This document shows positions 1 through 10,460 of a DNA stretch of 64,000 nucleotides, one piece after another. The notes under the pieces are model-generated. The model was not told the DNA's origin, did no database searches, and saw nothing but the letters and a program-made list of their open reading frames with translations. The stretch spans positions 38,724 to 102,723 of the forward strand of contig SCUI01000004.1 in the NCBI GenBank assembly GCA_004297225.1, written 5' to 3'. The number at the start of each line of letters is the position of its first letter. Positions within the stretch are counted from its first letter, which is position 1. This stretch comes from Lysobacteraceae bacterium. Lineage in GTDB: Bacteria > Pseudomonadota > Gammaproteobacteria > Xanthomonadales > Xanthomonadaceae. Position numbers and translations under genes: made by a program.

Positions 1-417
1 TACCTGGCGGTGAGCTGCATCGCCGGGCTGGCGACCTTCTACCGCGGCAGCCTGATCGAACGCATGCGCAACCCGGTGCAGCTGTTCGACGCGGTGGGCC
101 TGGGACTGTTCGCCGTGACCGGCGCGACCAAGGCGCTGGCCGCCGGGCTGGGGCCGGTCGGCGCGATGCTGCTGGGCATGCTCACCGGCATCGGCGGCGG
201 CATTGCGCGCGACATCCTGGCCGCGCGCATCCCGGTGGTGTTGCAGTCCGACCTCTACGCGGTCGCCGCGCTCGCGGGCGCGGCGGTGGTCGTGGCCGGC
301 CATGCGCTGGGTTGGTGGCACCCGGCGCTGGCGATCATCGGCGCGTTGCTGGTGTTCTTCCTGCGCTTCATGGCGATCCGGCATGGCTGGCGCCTGCCGG
401 TCGCCCGTCCGCATTAA
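1..417 (+). CDS. Trimeric intracellular cation channel family protein (UPF0126/YadS-YicG type), 5' end outside the window
   Basis: The frame is open from base 1 and stops with TAA at 415-417. The product is a glycine-rich multi-TM protein with the repeated UPF0126-like motif (GxxGGxxRD: GIGGGIARDIL). Confidence 0.72.
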   Translation, partial: YLAVSCIAGLATFYRGSLIERMRNPVQLFDAVGLGLFAVTGATKALAAGLGPVGAMLLGMLTGIGGGIARDILAARIPVVLQSDLYAVAALAGAAVVVAGHALGWWHPALAIIGALLVFFLRFMAIRHGWRLPVARPH

Positions 418-1355
418 CCCCAGCGCTGCAGGTCGAGGATCGCGCGCAGGATCGCGTCGATGATGATCACCTCGCCGTTGACGCGGCGACCATAGCGGTA
501 GCGGTCGTAGTACCCGTCCTCGTAGCCGCGCTGGAAGCCCTGGCGGAAGTAGTAGTTGTACTCGGAGCGGCTGACGTAGCCGGGGCGATAGCCGTAGCTC
601 GCGTCCATCCACACGAACGAGCGGCGGTAGTCGTCGTGCCAGCGGTCGTAGCGGTCGGCCTGGCCGGCGCGCAAGCCCTCGCGATAGCCCAGGTCCACCG
701 CGCGGCGCAGCAGGTCGGCGCCGTAGTAGTTCACCCGGTGCCACTGGTTGCCACGGTAATAGCGATAGTTGCCGCTGTGGTACCAGTACGGGGTGTAATG
801 GCGCGACTGCATGGTGCGCAGGCGACGGTAGTAGTCGTCGCGATAGCGCTGGTGGGCGCGGCGCTCGCGCAGGTCCTGGCGGTATTCGCGGCGATCCTCG
901 CGGTAGTCCTGCCTGGCGTCGCGGCGATCCTCGCGGCGGTCGTGGCGCGCTTCGCGGCGATCCTCCCGGCGTTCCTGGCGGCGATCCTGGCGGTCGTCGC
1001 GGCGGTCGTCGCGGCGGTCATAGCGCCGGCCCTGGTCGACCTGCCGGACCACCGGCGGATGGCCTGGGCGCACGATGACGGGCGCCACGGCAGGACGGTC
1101 GTCCCGCCGGTCCTGGCGGACTTCGCGGCGATCCTCGCGGCGCTCCTGCCGCTGTTCCTGGCGCTGCTCGCGGCGTTCCTCGCGCTGCTGCTGGCGCTTT
1201 TCCTTGCGCTTGTCCTGCCGATCCTGGCGCTGTTCCTGGCGATCGTTGTCGTTGTCGCGGTCGCGGGCCGGGGCCGCGGTGGCGCCCAGGCTGGTGGCCA
1301 GCAGCGCGCCCAGCGCGATCGGGAGCACGATGCCGTTGCGGAAGATGTGGTTCAT
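414..1355 (-). CDS. Secreted protein with a hyper-charged Arg/Asp/Glu/Gln repeat region and a Tyr/Arg-rich C-terminal domain (function unknown)
   Basis: Start chosen at MNHIFRNGIVLPIALGALLATSLGATAAP, a signal-peptide-like N-terminus. About 150 aa of DRRxxR-type low-complexity repeats follow, then a Y/R/G-rich domain. Its stop overlaps the stop of the upstream convergent gene within TTAA at 414-417. Confidence 0.6.
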   Translation of the reverse strand: MNHIFRNGIVLPIALGALLATSLGATAAPARDRDNDNDRQEQRQDRQDKRKEKRQQQREERREQRQEQRQERREDRREVRQDRRDDRPAVAPVIVRPGHPPVVRQVDQGRRYDRRDDRRDDRQDRRQERREDRREARHDRREDRRDARQDYREDRREYRQDLRERRAHQRYRDDYYRRLRTMQSRHYTPYWYHSGNYRYYRGNQWHRVNYYGADLLRRAVDLGYREGLRAGQADRYDRWHDDYRRSFVWMDASYGYRPGYVSRSEYNYYFRQGFQRGYEDGYYDRYRYGRRVNGEVIIIDAILRAILDLQRWG

Positions 1356-1528
1356 GACGTGGCCCTTCTGTGCCGCAAGCCCAGCGCTTGCTTCACTTGC
1401 ACTACACGCGACGGCCACTTAACGAATTCTGAGGCTGGCCGGCCCGGGGCCTCGCCTGTCGGCAACCGTTCAGTGTCACCAACCGCACTTGCATCGTCCG
1501 GGCGGGCGACGTATCACGGGACGTTGCC

Positions 1529-3274
1529 ATGCTTGCGGGACTTTCCATGGGCAGGATCCTTCGCCTCGCCGTGCTCGGCCTGGGCGCATTCGCGCTGGGC
1601 GCCATCGGCGGCCCGGCCGGCGCCACGGACACCGGGCCGGCGCCGCTCGCGCCGCGCACCGCGCAATCGGGACTGGCGCGCGCGCCCGAGCAGATGGCCG
1701 TGGCATTCGAGCATGCGGACCTGCGCTTCCGGGTGGATCCCGCGCGGCGCTGGCTCGATGGCGATGCGAAGCTGACGTTCCGCGCGTTGCAACCGTTGCA
1801 ACGGCTCGTCGTCGACCTCGACCCGCGCTATGCGATCGCAGCGGTGGAGGTGGACGGCGTCGCGCTGGCGGGCAGCGCCTGGTCCAATCCGGACGGCCGC
1901 TTGTCGGTGGAGCTGCCTACGCAGGTGGCTACGGGCCGCCCCGTTGCCCTGCGGGTGGTCTACGCCGGAGCGCCGCATGTGGCGACGCGGGCGCCGTGGG
2001 ACGGCGGGTTCGTCTGGGCGACCGCGCCCACCGGCGAGCCGTGGATCGCCAGCGCCGTGCAAGGCGAGGGTTGCGACCTGCTGTGGCCGTGCATCGATCA
2101 TCCGCAGGGGGAACCGGCGCTGGTGGACGAGGCGATCACCGTGCCCGCGCCGCTGGTGGCGCCCGGCAACGGCCGCTTCCTCGGCATGGAGGAACGCGAC
2201 GGCTGGCGCACGTATCGCTGGCGTGCGCGCGCGCCGGACACCTATGCGATCGCGATCCAGGCCGGACCGTATGAATTGCTCTCGGCGGAGTACCAGAGCC
2301 GGTTCGGCAACACCATTGCGCTGCGCTTCTGGCACCTGAAGGGCAACGAGGACCAGGCGAAGGCACTGTTCGCGGAATTCCCGAAGCTGCTCGAGTTCTT
2401 CGAGGGCACGATCGGGCCGTACCCGTTCGCCGACGAAAAGATGGGCGTGGTCGAGACGCCGCACCTCGGCATGGAGCACCAGACCGTCAACGCCTACGGC
2501 AACGGCTACAAGCTCACCGAGTACGGTTATGACTGGCTGCTGCAGCACGAGTTCGCGCACGAGTGGTTCGGCAACCAGCTGACCAATCGCGACTGGGACG
2601 ACATGTGGCTGCACGAGGGCTTCGGCAGCTACATGCAGCCGCTGTACCTGCAGTGGCTGCGCGGCGACCGCGAGTACCAGGCGTGGCTGCTGTCCCAGCG
2701 CAAGACCCTGCGGAACAAGGTGCCGATCGTCAGCGGCCACGGCATGACCGAGGACGCCGTCTACAACGCCGACACCGGTCCCGGCAACGACATCTACTAC
2801 AAGGGCTCGCTGTTGCTGCACACGCTGCGGCAACTGATCGGCGACGATGCCTTCTTCCGCGCCACCCGCGAGCTGGTCTACGGGCGGCCGGATCCGGCGC
2901 CAGGCAACTTCGGGCCCCGCTACGCGGGCACCCGCGATTTCATCGATGCAGTGAACCGCGCCACCGGCCGGGACTACGGCTGGTTCTTCGACGTGTACGC
3001 ATACTCGGCGGCGCTGCCGGAACTGGTGGCGACGCGCGACGCGGCCGGCCTGTCGTTGCGCTGGCAGGCACCGGGCGGCAAACCCTTCCCGATGCCGGTG
3101 GAAGTCCGCGTGGACGGGCGCGACGCCACCGTGCCGATGGCCGATGGCCGCGGTTACCTGGCGATGCCGCCGACGGCGCTGTACACCATCGACCCGCATT
3201 CGAAGCTGCTGCGCGCGCAGCCGCACATCCAGGCATTCCAGCAATGGAGCCAGGCACAGAAGGCCAAGCCATGA
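1529..3274 (+). CDS. M1 family metallopeptidase (aminopeptidase N-like), secreted
   Basis: Has a signal-like N-terminus. Carries the gluzincin motif HEFAHEWFGNQ followed by WLHEGFGSY (HExxH-x18-E). Confidence 0.9.
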   Translation: MLAGLSMGRILRLAVLGLGAFALGAIGGPAGATDTGPAPLAPRTAQSGLARAPEQMAVAFEHADLRFRVDPARRWLDGDAKLTFRALQPLQRLVVDLDPRYAIAAVEVDGVALAGSAWSNPDGRLSVELPTQVATGRPVALRVVYAGAPHVATRAPWDGGFVWATAPTGEPWIASAVQGEGCDLLWPCIDHPQGEPALVDEAITVPAPLVAPGNGRFLGMEERDGWRTYRWRARAPDTYAIAIQAGPYELLSAEYQSRFGNTIALRFWHLKGNEDQAKALFAEFPKLLEFFEGTIGPYPFADEKMGVVETPHLGMEHQTVNAYGNGYKLTEYGYDWLLQHEFAHEWFGNQLTNRDWDDMWLHEGFGSYMQPLYLQWLRGDREYQAWLLSQRKTLRNKVPIVSGHGMTEDAVYNADTGPGNDIYYKGSLLLHTLRQLIGDDAFFRATRELVYGRPDPAPGNFGPRYAGTRDFIDAVNRATGRDYGWFFDVYAYSAALPELVATRDAAGLSLRWQAPGGKPFPMPVEVRVDGRDATVPMADGRGYLAMPPTALYTIDPHSKLLRAQPHIQAFQQWSQAQKAKP

Positions 3275-4095
3275 CCGATTCGCGCAATCCGCAGGCCGAG
3301 CAGATGGGCGACGAGTCCATGGCCCGCAACCTCGCCCACCAGGCCCAGGCGATCTGGCCGCAGGAACAGCATCTGTTCGACCGCTACGGCTTGGACGGCG
3401 CCATCGAGGTGCTGGACCTTGGCTGCGGCACCGGCGAGATCACGCGCCGGCTGGCCGTGCGCTATCCGCAGGCGCGGCTGCTGGGAATCGACATCCTCGA
3501 GGAAAACCTCGCGCGGGCGCGGCAGGCCGGCGACGCGGGCGGCCGGGTCCGTTACGCGCGCGGCGACGCGTTCGCGCTGGACTGCGCGGACGCCAGTTTC
3601 GACCTGGTCGTCTGCCGGCACATGTCGCAGGCGGTGCCCGATTTCCCGCAGGTGCTGGCGGAAATCACCCGCGTGCTGAAGCCGGGCGGCTGGCTGCACC
3701 TGTTGAGCGAGGATTACGCGATGCTGCGCTTCCCGGCCACGGATCCGGCGTTCGACCCGGACCGGTTCTGGCTGGACAACGCCGTCGCCTTCCTGCAGTC
3801 GATCGGCTGCGACGGACGCATCGGCCGGCATACGCCGGCGCTGCTGGAGCAATCCGGTTACCGTGACATCGCCATGGATTACGTCGTGGTGGACACGCTG
3901 CGGGTGCCGCGCGTGACCTTCGCCGGCATCATCGGCGCGTGGCGCGACGGCTACGTCGAGCCGCTGGCGCGCGGCAGCGGCCGCAAGCCGGGGCTGGTCC
4001 GCGCCGATTTCGACCGCATGATCGAGGCGATCGCCACGCCGCCCAATTACGTCGCCTGGCAGGTTCCGATCGCCAGCGCGCGCAAACCTTCCTGA
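3271..4095 (+). CDS. Class I SAM-dependent methyltransferase
   Basis: Contains SAM-binding motif I (VLDLGCGTGE). The ATG overlaps the upstream stop (ATGA at 3271-3274). Confidence 0.85.
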   Translation: MTDSRNPQAEQMGDESMARNLAHQAQAIWPQEQHLFDRYGLDGAIEVLDLGCGTGEITRRLAVRYPQARLLGIDILEENLARARQAGDAGGRVRYARGDAFALDCADASFDLVVCRHMSQAVPDFPQVLAEITRVLKPGGWLHLLSEDYAMLRFPATDPAFDPDRFWLDNAVAFLQSIGCDGRIGRHTPALLEQSGYRDIAMDYVVVDTLRVPRVTFAGIIGAWRDGYVEPLARGSGRKPGLVRADFDRMIEAIATPPNYVAWQVPIASARKPS

Positions 4096-4118
4096 TCCTG
4101 GACAAGGGGACACCCGGC

Positions 4119-5786
4119 ATGCATTGCAAGCCCCAGCCCGCGCTCGCGGCCCTCACCCTCGCCCTGTGCGCCGGCCTGGCGCTGGCCGCGCCACCGCAGG
4201 CCGCGCCGCAAGCGGATGCCGCCGCGGCCACGGCCCCGGCGACCGATGTCGCCGCCCCCTCGGCGCTGGCCGGCTTCGACACCTACGTGGACCAGGTGCG
4301 CGACACCTTCGATGTCCCCGGCATCGCCGTGGCGATCATCAAGGACGGCCAGGTCGTGCTGGAGCGCGGCTATGGCGTGCGCGACCGGGAAAGCGGCGCG
4401 CCGGTGGATGCGCACACGCTGTTCGCGATCGCCTCCAACACCAAGGCCTTTACCGCCGCGTCGCTGCAGATGCTGGCCGCCGACGGCAAGCTGGACATGG
4501 ACGACCGGGTGATCGAGCACCTGCCGTGGTTCCGCATGTCCGATCCCTACATCACCCACGAGATGCGCATCCGCGACCTGCTGGCGCATCGCAGCGGCCT
4601 CAGCCTCGGCGCGGGCGACCTGCTGTACTGGCCGACCACCGACTACAGCAACCGCGAAGTCGCCGAGCGCCTGAAGGACGTGCCGATCACCGGCGGCTTC
4701 CGCGCGCAGTACGCCTACGACAACATCCTGTTCGGCGTCGCCCAGCTGGTGGTCGAAGCCGCTGCCGGCATGCCGTACGACCGTTTCCTGCAGCAGCGCA
4801 TCTTCGATCCGCTGGGCATGGACGAAACGGTCTACAACAGCGACCACCTGGGCGACGCGCAGAATGTCGCCACCGGCTACGCCAAGGCCGACTTCAAGGA
4901 CATCGTGCCGGCACCGCGCATGACCTGGTCGAACGTCGGCGGTGCCGGCGGCATCTACTCGAGCGTGCATGACCTGTCGAAGTGGGTGCGCGTGCAACTG
5001 GCGGGCGGGGCGATCCCGGCCGGTGTCGGCGACGGCGCCGACAAGCGCCTGTTCCCCGAACAGGCGCAGCGCGAGATGTGGTCGATGCTGACCCCGATCC
5101 CGGTGCGCAAGCCGACCTTGCCGGAGTTCGAGCCGATCACGCCCAACTTCCAGGGTTACGGCGAGGGCTGGAACCTGGCCGACTACCGCGGCCACAAGCT
5201 GGTCTGGCACACCGGCGGCTGGCCGGGCATGGTCTCGCGGGTGACGATGCTGCCCGGGCAGGACATCGGCGTGATCGTGCTGACCAACGCCGAATCCGGC
5301 GCCGCGTTCAACGCGGTGACGATGCGCGCGCTGGACGCGATGCTCGGCTTGCCGGCGACCGACTGGAACGCGGCCTACGCAAAGGCGCGGGCGCAGCAGG
5401 AAGCCAAGGCCGACGAGAGCTGGGACAAGCACGTCGCCGCGCGCGACGCGTCGTCGAAGCCGTCGCTGCCGCTGGCGAAATACGCGGGGACCTACGCCGA
5501 CCCGTGGTACGGCAACGTGGTCATCGGCAACGAGGGTGGCAAGCTGCGGATCCGCTTCAGCCGCACCGCCGACCTGGTCGGCACGCTGCAGCACTGGCAG
5601 CACGATACCTTCCTGGTCCGCTGGGACCAGCGCTGGCTCAACGCCGACGCCTTCCTCAGCTTCGCGCTGGACGCCGACGGCAACATCCGCGAAGCCCGCA
5701 TGGTCCCCGCCTCCGAACTCACCGACTTCAGCTTCGACTTCCAGGACCTCCGCCTGACCCCTGTCAAACCGGACAGCGGGGAGTAG
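4119..5786 (+). CDS. Serine hydrolase of the beta-lactamase/PBP (class C-like) family with a C-terminal lipocalin-like extension
   Basis: Signal peptide MHCKPQPALAALTLALCAGLALA. Carries SxxK (SNTK), a Y-x-N element (YDN) and an HTG box (WHTGGWPG). Confidence 0.85.
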   Translation: MHCKPQPALAALTLALCAGLALAAPPQAAPQADAAAATAPATDVAAPSALAGFDTYVDQVRDTFDVPGIAVAIIKDGQVVLERGYGVRDRESGAPVDAHTLFAIASNTKAFTAASLQMLAADGKLDMDDRVIEHLPWFRMSDPYITHEMRIRDLLAHRSGLSLGAGDLLYWPTTDYSNREVAERLKDVPITGGFRAQYAYDNILFGVAQLVVEAAAGMPYDRFLQQRIFDPLGMDETVYNSDHLGDAQNVATGYAKADFKDIVPAPRMTWSNVGGAGGIYSSVHDLSKWVRVQLAGGAIPAGVGDGADKRLFPEQAQREMWSMLTPIPVRKPTLPEFEPITPNFQGYGEGWNLADYRGHKLVWHTGGWPGMVSRVTMLPGQDIGVIVLTNAESGAAFNAVTMRALDAMLGLPATDWNAAYAKARAQQEAKADESWDKHVAARDASSKPSLPLAKYAGTYADPWYGNVVIGNEGGKLRIRFSRTADLVGTLQHWQHDTFLVRWDQRWLNADAFLSFALDADGNIREARMVPASELTDFSFDFQDLRLTPVKPDSGE

Positions 5787-5799
5787 GAGCGGTTGACGT

Positions 5800-6990
5800 T
5801 CAGCCACCCAACGCGGAGCCGCAGGCGTGGGCGGAGGCCCAGGCCCACTGGAAGTTGTAGCCGCCGAGCCAGCCGGTGACGTCGACGACTTCGCCGATGA
5901 AATGCAGGCCCGGCACGTGCCTGGACTGCATCGTGGTGGATGACAGCCCGTCGGTGTCGACGCCGCCGAGGGTCACTTCGGCGGTGCGGTAGCCTTCGGT
6001 GCCGCTGGCGACCAGCGGCCAGGCCTGCAGCACGGACGCCACCTCGCGCAACTGCGGCAGGTTGAACTGCCTCATCGGCCGGTTCGGCAGCCAGTGCTCG
6101 CACAGGCGCTGGGCGAAGCGTTTCGGCAGCAGCTCGCCGAGCACGGTCTTCAATTCCGCCGCGGGGCGTTCGTGCTGGAACGCGAGCAGCACCTCGAGCG
6201 CGTCGCGGCCGGGCAGCAGGTCCAGCTCCAGCGCGTCGCCCGGCTGCCAGTACGAGGAGATCTGCAGGATGGACGGGCCGCTGACCCCGCGGTGGGTGAA
6301 CAGCAGCGCATTGCTGAAACTCGTGCCGTTCGCCGTTGCCGTGACCGGCAGCGCGACGCCGCTCAGGTCCGCCAGGCGCTCCTGGTGCTTGCCACTGAGG
6401 GTCAACGGCACCAGGCCCGCGCGCGTGGGCAGCACGGCGTGTCCGAACTGGCGGGCGAGTTCGTAGCCGAAGCCGCTGGCGCCCATGCTCGGGATCGACA
6501 GCCCGCCGCTGGCCACCACCAGCGCCGGGGCCTGGAACTCACCGCGCGCCGTGTGCAGCCGGAACCCGCCGCCGTCGCCCTGCACCACGCGTTCGACCGC
6601 GCAGGAGGTTTCCACCCGCACGCCCGCCGCGGCGCATTCGTCCAGCAACATGCGCACGATGAGCTTGGACGACTCGTCGCAGAACAGCTGGCCGAGTTCC
6701 TTCTCGTGCCATGCGATGCCATGGCGCTCGACCAGTTCGATGAAATGCGAGGGCGTGTAGCGCGCGAGCGCGGACTTGCAGAAATGCGGATTGGCGGACA
6801 GGTAATTGGCCGGGCCGGCGCCGGTGTTGGTGAAGTTGCAGCGGCCGCCGCCGGACATCAGGATCTTCTTGCCGACGCGGTTGGCGTGCTCGACGACGGC
6901 GACGCGCAGGCCGCGCCGGCCCGCGGTGATCGCGCACATCAACCCGGCGGCACCGCCGCCGATCACCAGCGCATCGAAACCCCGCATCAA
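5800..6990 (-). CDS. NAD(P)/FAD-dependent oxidoreductase, BaiN/YhiN (HI0933-like) family
   Basis: N-terminal dinucleotide fold DALVIGGGAAGLMCA plus SGGGRCNFTN, which is typical of this family. Confidence 0.85.
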   Translation of the reverse strand: MMRGFDALVIGGGAAGLMCAITAGRRGLRVAVVEHANRVGKKILMSGGGRCNFTNTGAGPANYLSANPHFCKSALARYTPSHFIELVERHGIAWHEKELGQLFCDESSKLIVRMLLDECAAAGVRVETSCAVERVVQGDGGGFRLHTARGEFQAPALVVASGGLSIPSMGASGFGYELARQFGHAVLPTRAGLVPLTLSGKHQERLADLSGVALPVTATANGTSFSNALLFTHRGVSGPSILQISSYWQPGDALELDLLPGRDALEVLLAFQHERPAAELKTVLGELLPKRFAQRLCEHWLPNRPMRQFNLPQLREVASVLQAWPLVASGTEGYRTAEVTLGGVDTDGLSSTTMQSRHVPGLHFIGEVVDVTGWLGGYNFQWAWASAHACGSALGG

Positions 6991-6996
6991 GCCTGG

Positions 6997-8766
6997 TCAG
7001 GTGCCGCGGCGAGGCGGACGCGGGGGACCCGGGCGCCGGGCAGGGCCGCCGGGACGCGGCTTGAACGGCCGCTTGCCGCGCGGCGCACCCAGGTCGGCAT
7101 CGTCGGCGCGGCGCATGCGCAGCATCTGCCCGGCCACGCGCACCTTCTTCAGGTGCTGCAGCAGTTCCGGCGGCATGCCTGCGGGCAGGTCCACCAGGCT
7201 GAAGTCGTCGCGGATGTCGATGCGGCCGATGAAACGCGCCTCCAGGTCCGCCTCGTTGGCGATCGCGCCGACGATGTTGCCCGGCTGCACGCCGTGCTGG
7301 TGGCCGACTTCGATCCTGTAGGTCTCCATCCCCGCGTCGCCCGCAGGCCGTGCCCTGGCCGAAGCCCCGGGCGCCCCCCTTGCGGGAGCGCCGCGAGCCG
7401 CGCCAGGTTCGCGACGTGCGTGCGCCGGCGCAGCGACCTCTTCCTTCGCCTCCAGCAGCAAGGGTGTCTTCCCCTGCACCAGTTGCGCCAGCGCCGCGGC
7501 GATGTCCACCATCGGTACGTCGTGTTCGCGCTCGTAGCGTTCCACCAGTTCGCGGAAGACCGGGCGGTCGGTGCTTTCCAGCGCGGTGCCGATCTTGCCC
7601 AGGAACTTGGCCACCCGGCGCTCGTTCACCGCCTCGACGCTGGGCAACTGCATCGGCTCGATCTTCTGCCGCGTCGCGCGCTCGATCGCGCCGAGCATGC
7701 CGCGCTCGCGCGGCGCCACGAACAGGATCGCCTCGCCGCTGCGCCCGGCGCGGCCGGTGCGGCCGATCCGGTGCACGTAGCTTTCGGTGTCGTAGGGGAT
7801 GTCGTAGTTCAGGACGTGGCTGATGCGGTCCACGTCCAGGCCGCGCGCGGCGACGTCTGTGGCGACCAGGATGTCGATGCGGCCATCCTTGAGCGACTGG
7901 ACCATCTTCTCGCGCTGCTTCTGCTCGACGTCGCCGTGGATCGCCGCCGCCGAAAGGCCGCGCGCGGCCAGTTTCTCGGCAAGCTCCTGGGTTCCCAGCT
8001 TGGTGCGGGCGAAGATCAGCATGCCGTCGAAGGGCTCGGCCTCCAGGATCCGGGTCAGCGCGTCGAGCTTGTTGACCCCGCTGACCATCCAGTAGCGCTG
8101 CCGGATGTTGGCTGCGGTGGTGGTTTGCGCCTTGATCGCGACTTCGACCGGATCCTTCAGGTAGGTCTGCGCGATGCGCCGGATCTGCGCCGGCATGGTC
8201 GCCGAGAACAATGCCACCTGGCGCTGCTCGGGTACCTTCTTCAGCACCGTCTCGACGTCGTCGATGAAGCCCATGCGCAACATCTCGTCGGCTTCGTCCA
8301 GCACCAGGCAGCGCAGTTGCGACAGGTCCAGCGAACCGCGTTCCAGATGGTCGATCACCCGGCCAGGGGTGCCGACGACGACCTGCACCCCGCGCTTGAG
8401 CGCCTCCAGCTGGGGGTAATAGCTCTGCCCGCCGTAGATCGGCAGCACGCGGAAGCCGGGCAGGTGGGCGGCGTACTTCTGGAACGCCTCGGCCACCTGG
8501 ATCGCCAGTTCCCGCGTCGGCGCCAGCACCAGCACCTGCGGCGACTTTTGCGCCGGGTCCAGGCGGGCCATGGCCGGCAGCGCGAACGCCGCGGTCTTGC
8601 CGGTGCCGGTCTGCGCCTGGCCCAATACGTCGCGCCCGGCCAGCAGCGGCGGGATGGTGGCGGCCTGGATCGGCGAAGGCGACTCGTAGCCCACGTCGGA
8701 CAATGCGCGCAGCAAGGGCTCGGGCAGGCCGAGGTCGGTGAAGCGGGTGGGGGCGTCGGCACTCAT
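6997..8766 (-). CDS. deaD: DEAD-box ATP-dependent RNA helicase DeaD/CsdA
   Basis: Shows the Q motif, [15 protein letters not shown] and [10 protein letters not shown] motifs. The C-terminus has a DbpA-like RNA-binding region and an Arg/Pro-rich tail. Confidence 0.93.
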   Translation of the reverse strand: MSADAPTRFTDLGLPEPLLRALSDVGYESPSPIQAATIPPLLAGRDVLGQAQTGTGKTAAFALPAMARLDPAQKSPQVLVLAPTRELAIQVAEAFQKYAAHLPGFRVLPIYGGQSYYPQLEALKRGVQVVVGTPGRVIDHLERGSLDLSQLRCLVLDEADEMLRMGFIDDVETVLKKVPEQRQVALFSATMPAQIRRIAQTYLKDPVEVAIKAQTTTAANIRQRYWMVSGVNKLDALTRILEAEPFDGMLIFARTKLGTQELAEKLAARGLSAAAIHGDVEQKQREKMVQSLKDGRIDILVATDVAARGLDVDRISHVLNYDIPYDTESYVHRIGRTGRAGRSGEAILFVAPRERGMLGAIERATRQKIEPMQLPSVEAVNERRVAKFLGKIGTALESTDRPVFRELVERYEREHDVPMVDIAAALAQLVQGKTPLLLEAKEEVAAPAHARREPGAARGAPARGAPGASARARPAGDAGMETYRIEVGHQHGVQPGNIVGAIANEADLEARFIGRIDIRDDFSLVDLPAGMPPELLQHLKKVRVAGQMLRMRRADDADLGAPRGKRPFKPRPGGPARRPGPPRPPRRGT

Positions 8767-8789
8767 CGTGCACAGTCTACGCGGCTAGC

Positions 8790-10361
8790 ATGAAGGCCAT
8801 GGCGCGCCCCACCTTCGACAATGCCTTCGTCCGCGAACTGCCGGGCGACCCCGAAGCCGGGTCGCGCGTGCGGCAGGTGGAAGGCGCGGCATGGTCGGCG
8901 GTCGAGCCGACGCCGGTGGCGGCGCCGAAGCTGCTGGCGTGGTCGCGGGACATGGCGGCGCGCCTGGGGTTCGGCGACGAGGAGCTGCAGTCCGGCGAGT
9001 TCGCGCGCGTGTTCGCCGGCAATGCATCGTGGCCCGGGATGCAGCCCTTCGCCGCCAACTATGGCGGCCACCAGTTCGGGCACTGGGCGGGACAGCTGGG
9101 CGACGGTCGCGCGATCACCCTGGGCGAAGTGGTCGCCGCCGATGGTGCGCGCTGGGAATTGCAACTCAAGGGCGCGGGCAGGACCCCGTATTCGCGCACC
9201 GCCGACGGGCGCGCGGTGCTGCGATCCTCGATCCGCGAATTCCTGTGCAGCGAGGCCATGCACCACCTGGGCGTACCGACCACGCGCGCGCTGTGCCTGC
9301 TGGGGACCGGCGAGCCGGTGCTGCGCGACATGTTCTATGACGGGCACCCGCGCGAGGAGCCCGGCGCGATCGTCTGCCGCGTGGCGCCATCGTTCCTGCG
9401 CTTCGGCAATTTCGAACTGCCGTATTCGCGCGGGGACCTGCCGTTGTTGCGGCAACTGGCCGACTTCTGCATCCGCCGCGACTTCCCGCACCTGGGAGGG
9501 CACGGCGAAGCCCTGTATGCCGACTGGTTCCGCGACACCTGCATGCGCACCGCGGCGATGGTCGGCCACTGGATGCGCGTGGGGTTCGTGCACGGGGTGA
9601 TGAACACCGACAACATGTCGATCCTCGGATTGACCATCGATTACGGCCCCTACGGCTGGATCGACGACTACGATCCGGACTGGACGCCCAACACCACCGA
9701 CGCCGGCGGCCGCCGCTACCGCTTCGGCTGGCAGCCGCGGATCGCCGGCTGGAACCTGTTGCAGCTGGCCAATGCGCTGTCGCCGCTGTTCGCCGACGCC
9801 GCGCCGCCGTTGCAGGCGGGCCTGGATGCCTATGGCGAGGCCTTCGCCGCTGCCGAACGCGACAACGTCGCGCGCAAGCTCGGCTTGCGCGAATGCCGCG
9901 ACGAGGACCTCGCGCTGATGGACGACCTGCAGGCGCTGCTCAAGGAAGGCGAAGTCGACATGACCCTGTGGTTCCGCGGCCTGTCGCAGGTGGACATGCA
10001 GGCGCCGTCGATGGCGCCGCTGGAGGAGGCGTTCTACGACGCCGGCAAACGCGCGGCCACCGCAGCGGCATTGGAAGCCTGGCTCTCGCGCCTGGCGGCA
10101 CGGGTGCGCGAGGATGCGGTCGAGCCGGCCGAGCGCAGCGCGGCAATGGATGCCGCGAACCCGAAGTACGTGTTGCGCAACTACCTGGCGCAGGAAGCCA
10201 TCGACCTGGCCGAGCAGGGCGACCTGTCCGGCGTGCGCGCGCTGCAGGAGGTCATGGCGCGTCCCTATGAAGAACAGCCCGGCCGCCAGGCCCATGCCCG
10301 CCGCCGCCCCGACTGGGCGCGCGACCGCGCCGGCTGCTCGATGCTGTCGTGCAGTTCGTGA
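8790..10361 (+). CDS. selO: Protein adenylyltransferase SelO (YdiU family pseudokinase-fold AMPylase)
   Basis: The N-terminus ([12 protein letters not shown]), length and conserved blocks ([44 protein letters not shown]) match SelO. Confidence 0.9.
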   Translation: MKAMARPTFDNAFVRELPGDPEAGSRVRQVEGAAWSAVEPTPVAAPKLLAWSRDMAARLGFGDEELQSGEFARVFAGNASWPGMQPFAANYGGHQFGHWAGQLGDGRAITLGEVVAADGARWELQLKGAGRTPYSRTADGRAVLRSSIREFLCSEAMHHLGVPTTRALCLLGTGEPVLRDMFYDGHPREEPGAIVCRVAPSFLRFGNFELPYSRGDLPLLRQLADFCIRRDFPHLGGHGEALYADWFRDTCMRTAAMVGHWMRVGFVHGVMNTDNMSILGLTIDYGPYGWIDDYDPDWTPNTTDAGGRRYRFGWQPRIAGWNLLQLANALSPLFADAAPPLQAGLDAYGEAFAAAERDNVARKLGLRECRDEDLALMDDLQALLKEGEVDMTLWFRGLSQVDMQAPSMAPLEEAFYDAGKRAATAAALEAWLSRLAARVREDAVEPAERSAAMDAANPKYVLRNYLAQEAIDLAEQGDLSGVRALQEVMARPYEEQPGRQAHARRRPDWARDRAGCSMLSCSS

Positions 10362-10460
10362 CTGGCAGTTGACGGGAATTCATGCTGGGGCGCCTGGCTA
10401 ACCGCGCATTCACCGGGGCAGGGCGAAGGTGGGCACGAACCTGCACGGAGCCCCCACGCG

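Noticed and set aside
312-1775. A 487-aa ORF on the strand opposite the Arg/Asp-repeat protein, running into the M1 peptidase gene
   Set aside because: Its Ala/Val/Leu/Arg-rich composition is typical of antisense frames in very GC-rich DNA. It overlaps two better-supported genes and has no recognisable motif.
6094-8793. An 899-aa ORF antisense to the BaiN-like gene and deaD. There are many similar long ORFs, for example 1514-3244, 8763-10295, 25719-28022, 28679-31684, 33192-35441 and 60679-63183.
   Set aside because: These are stop-codon-poor alternative frames of a high-GC genome. Each lies opposite or out of frame to a gene with clear family motifs, and their products are low-complexity Arg/Ala/Gly/Pro sequences.
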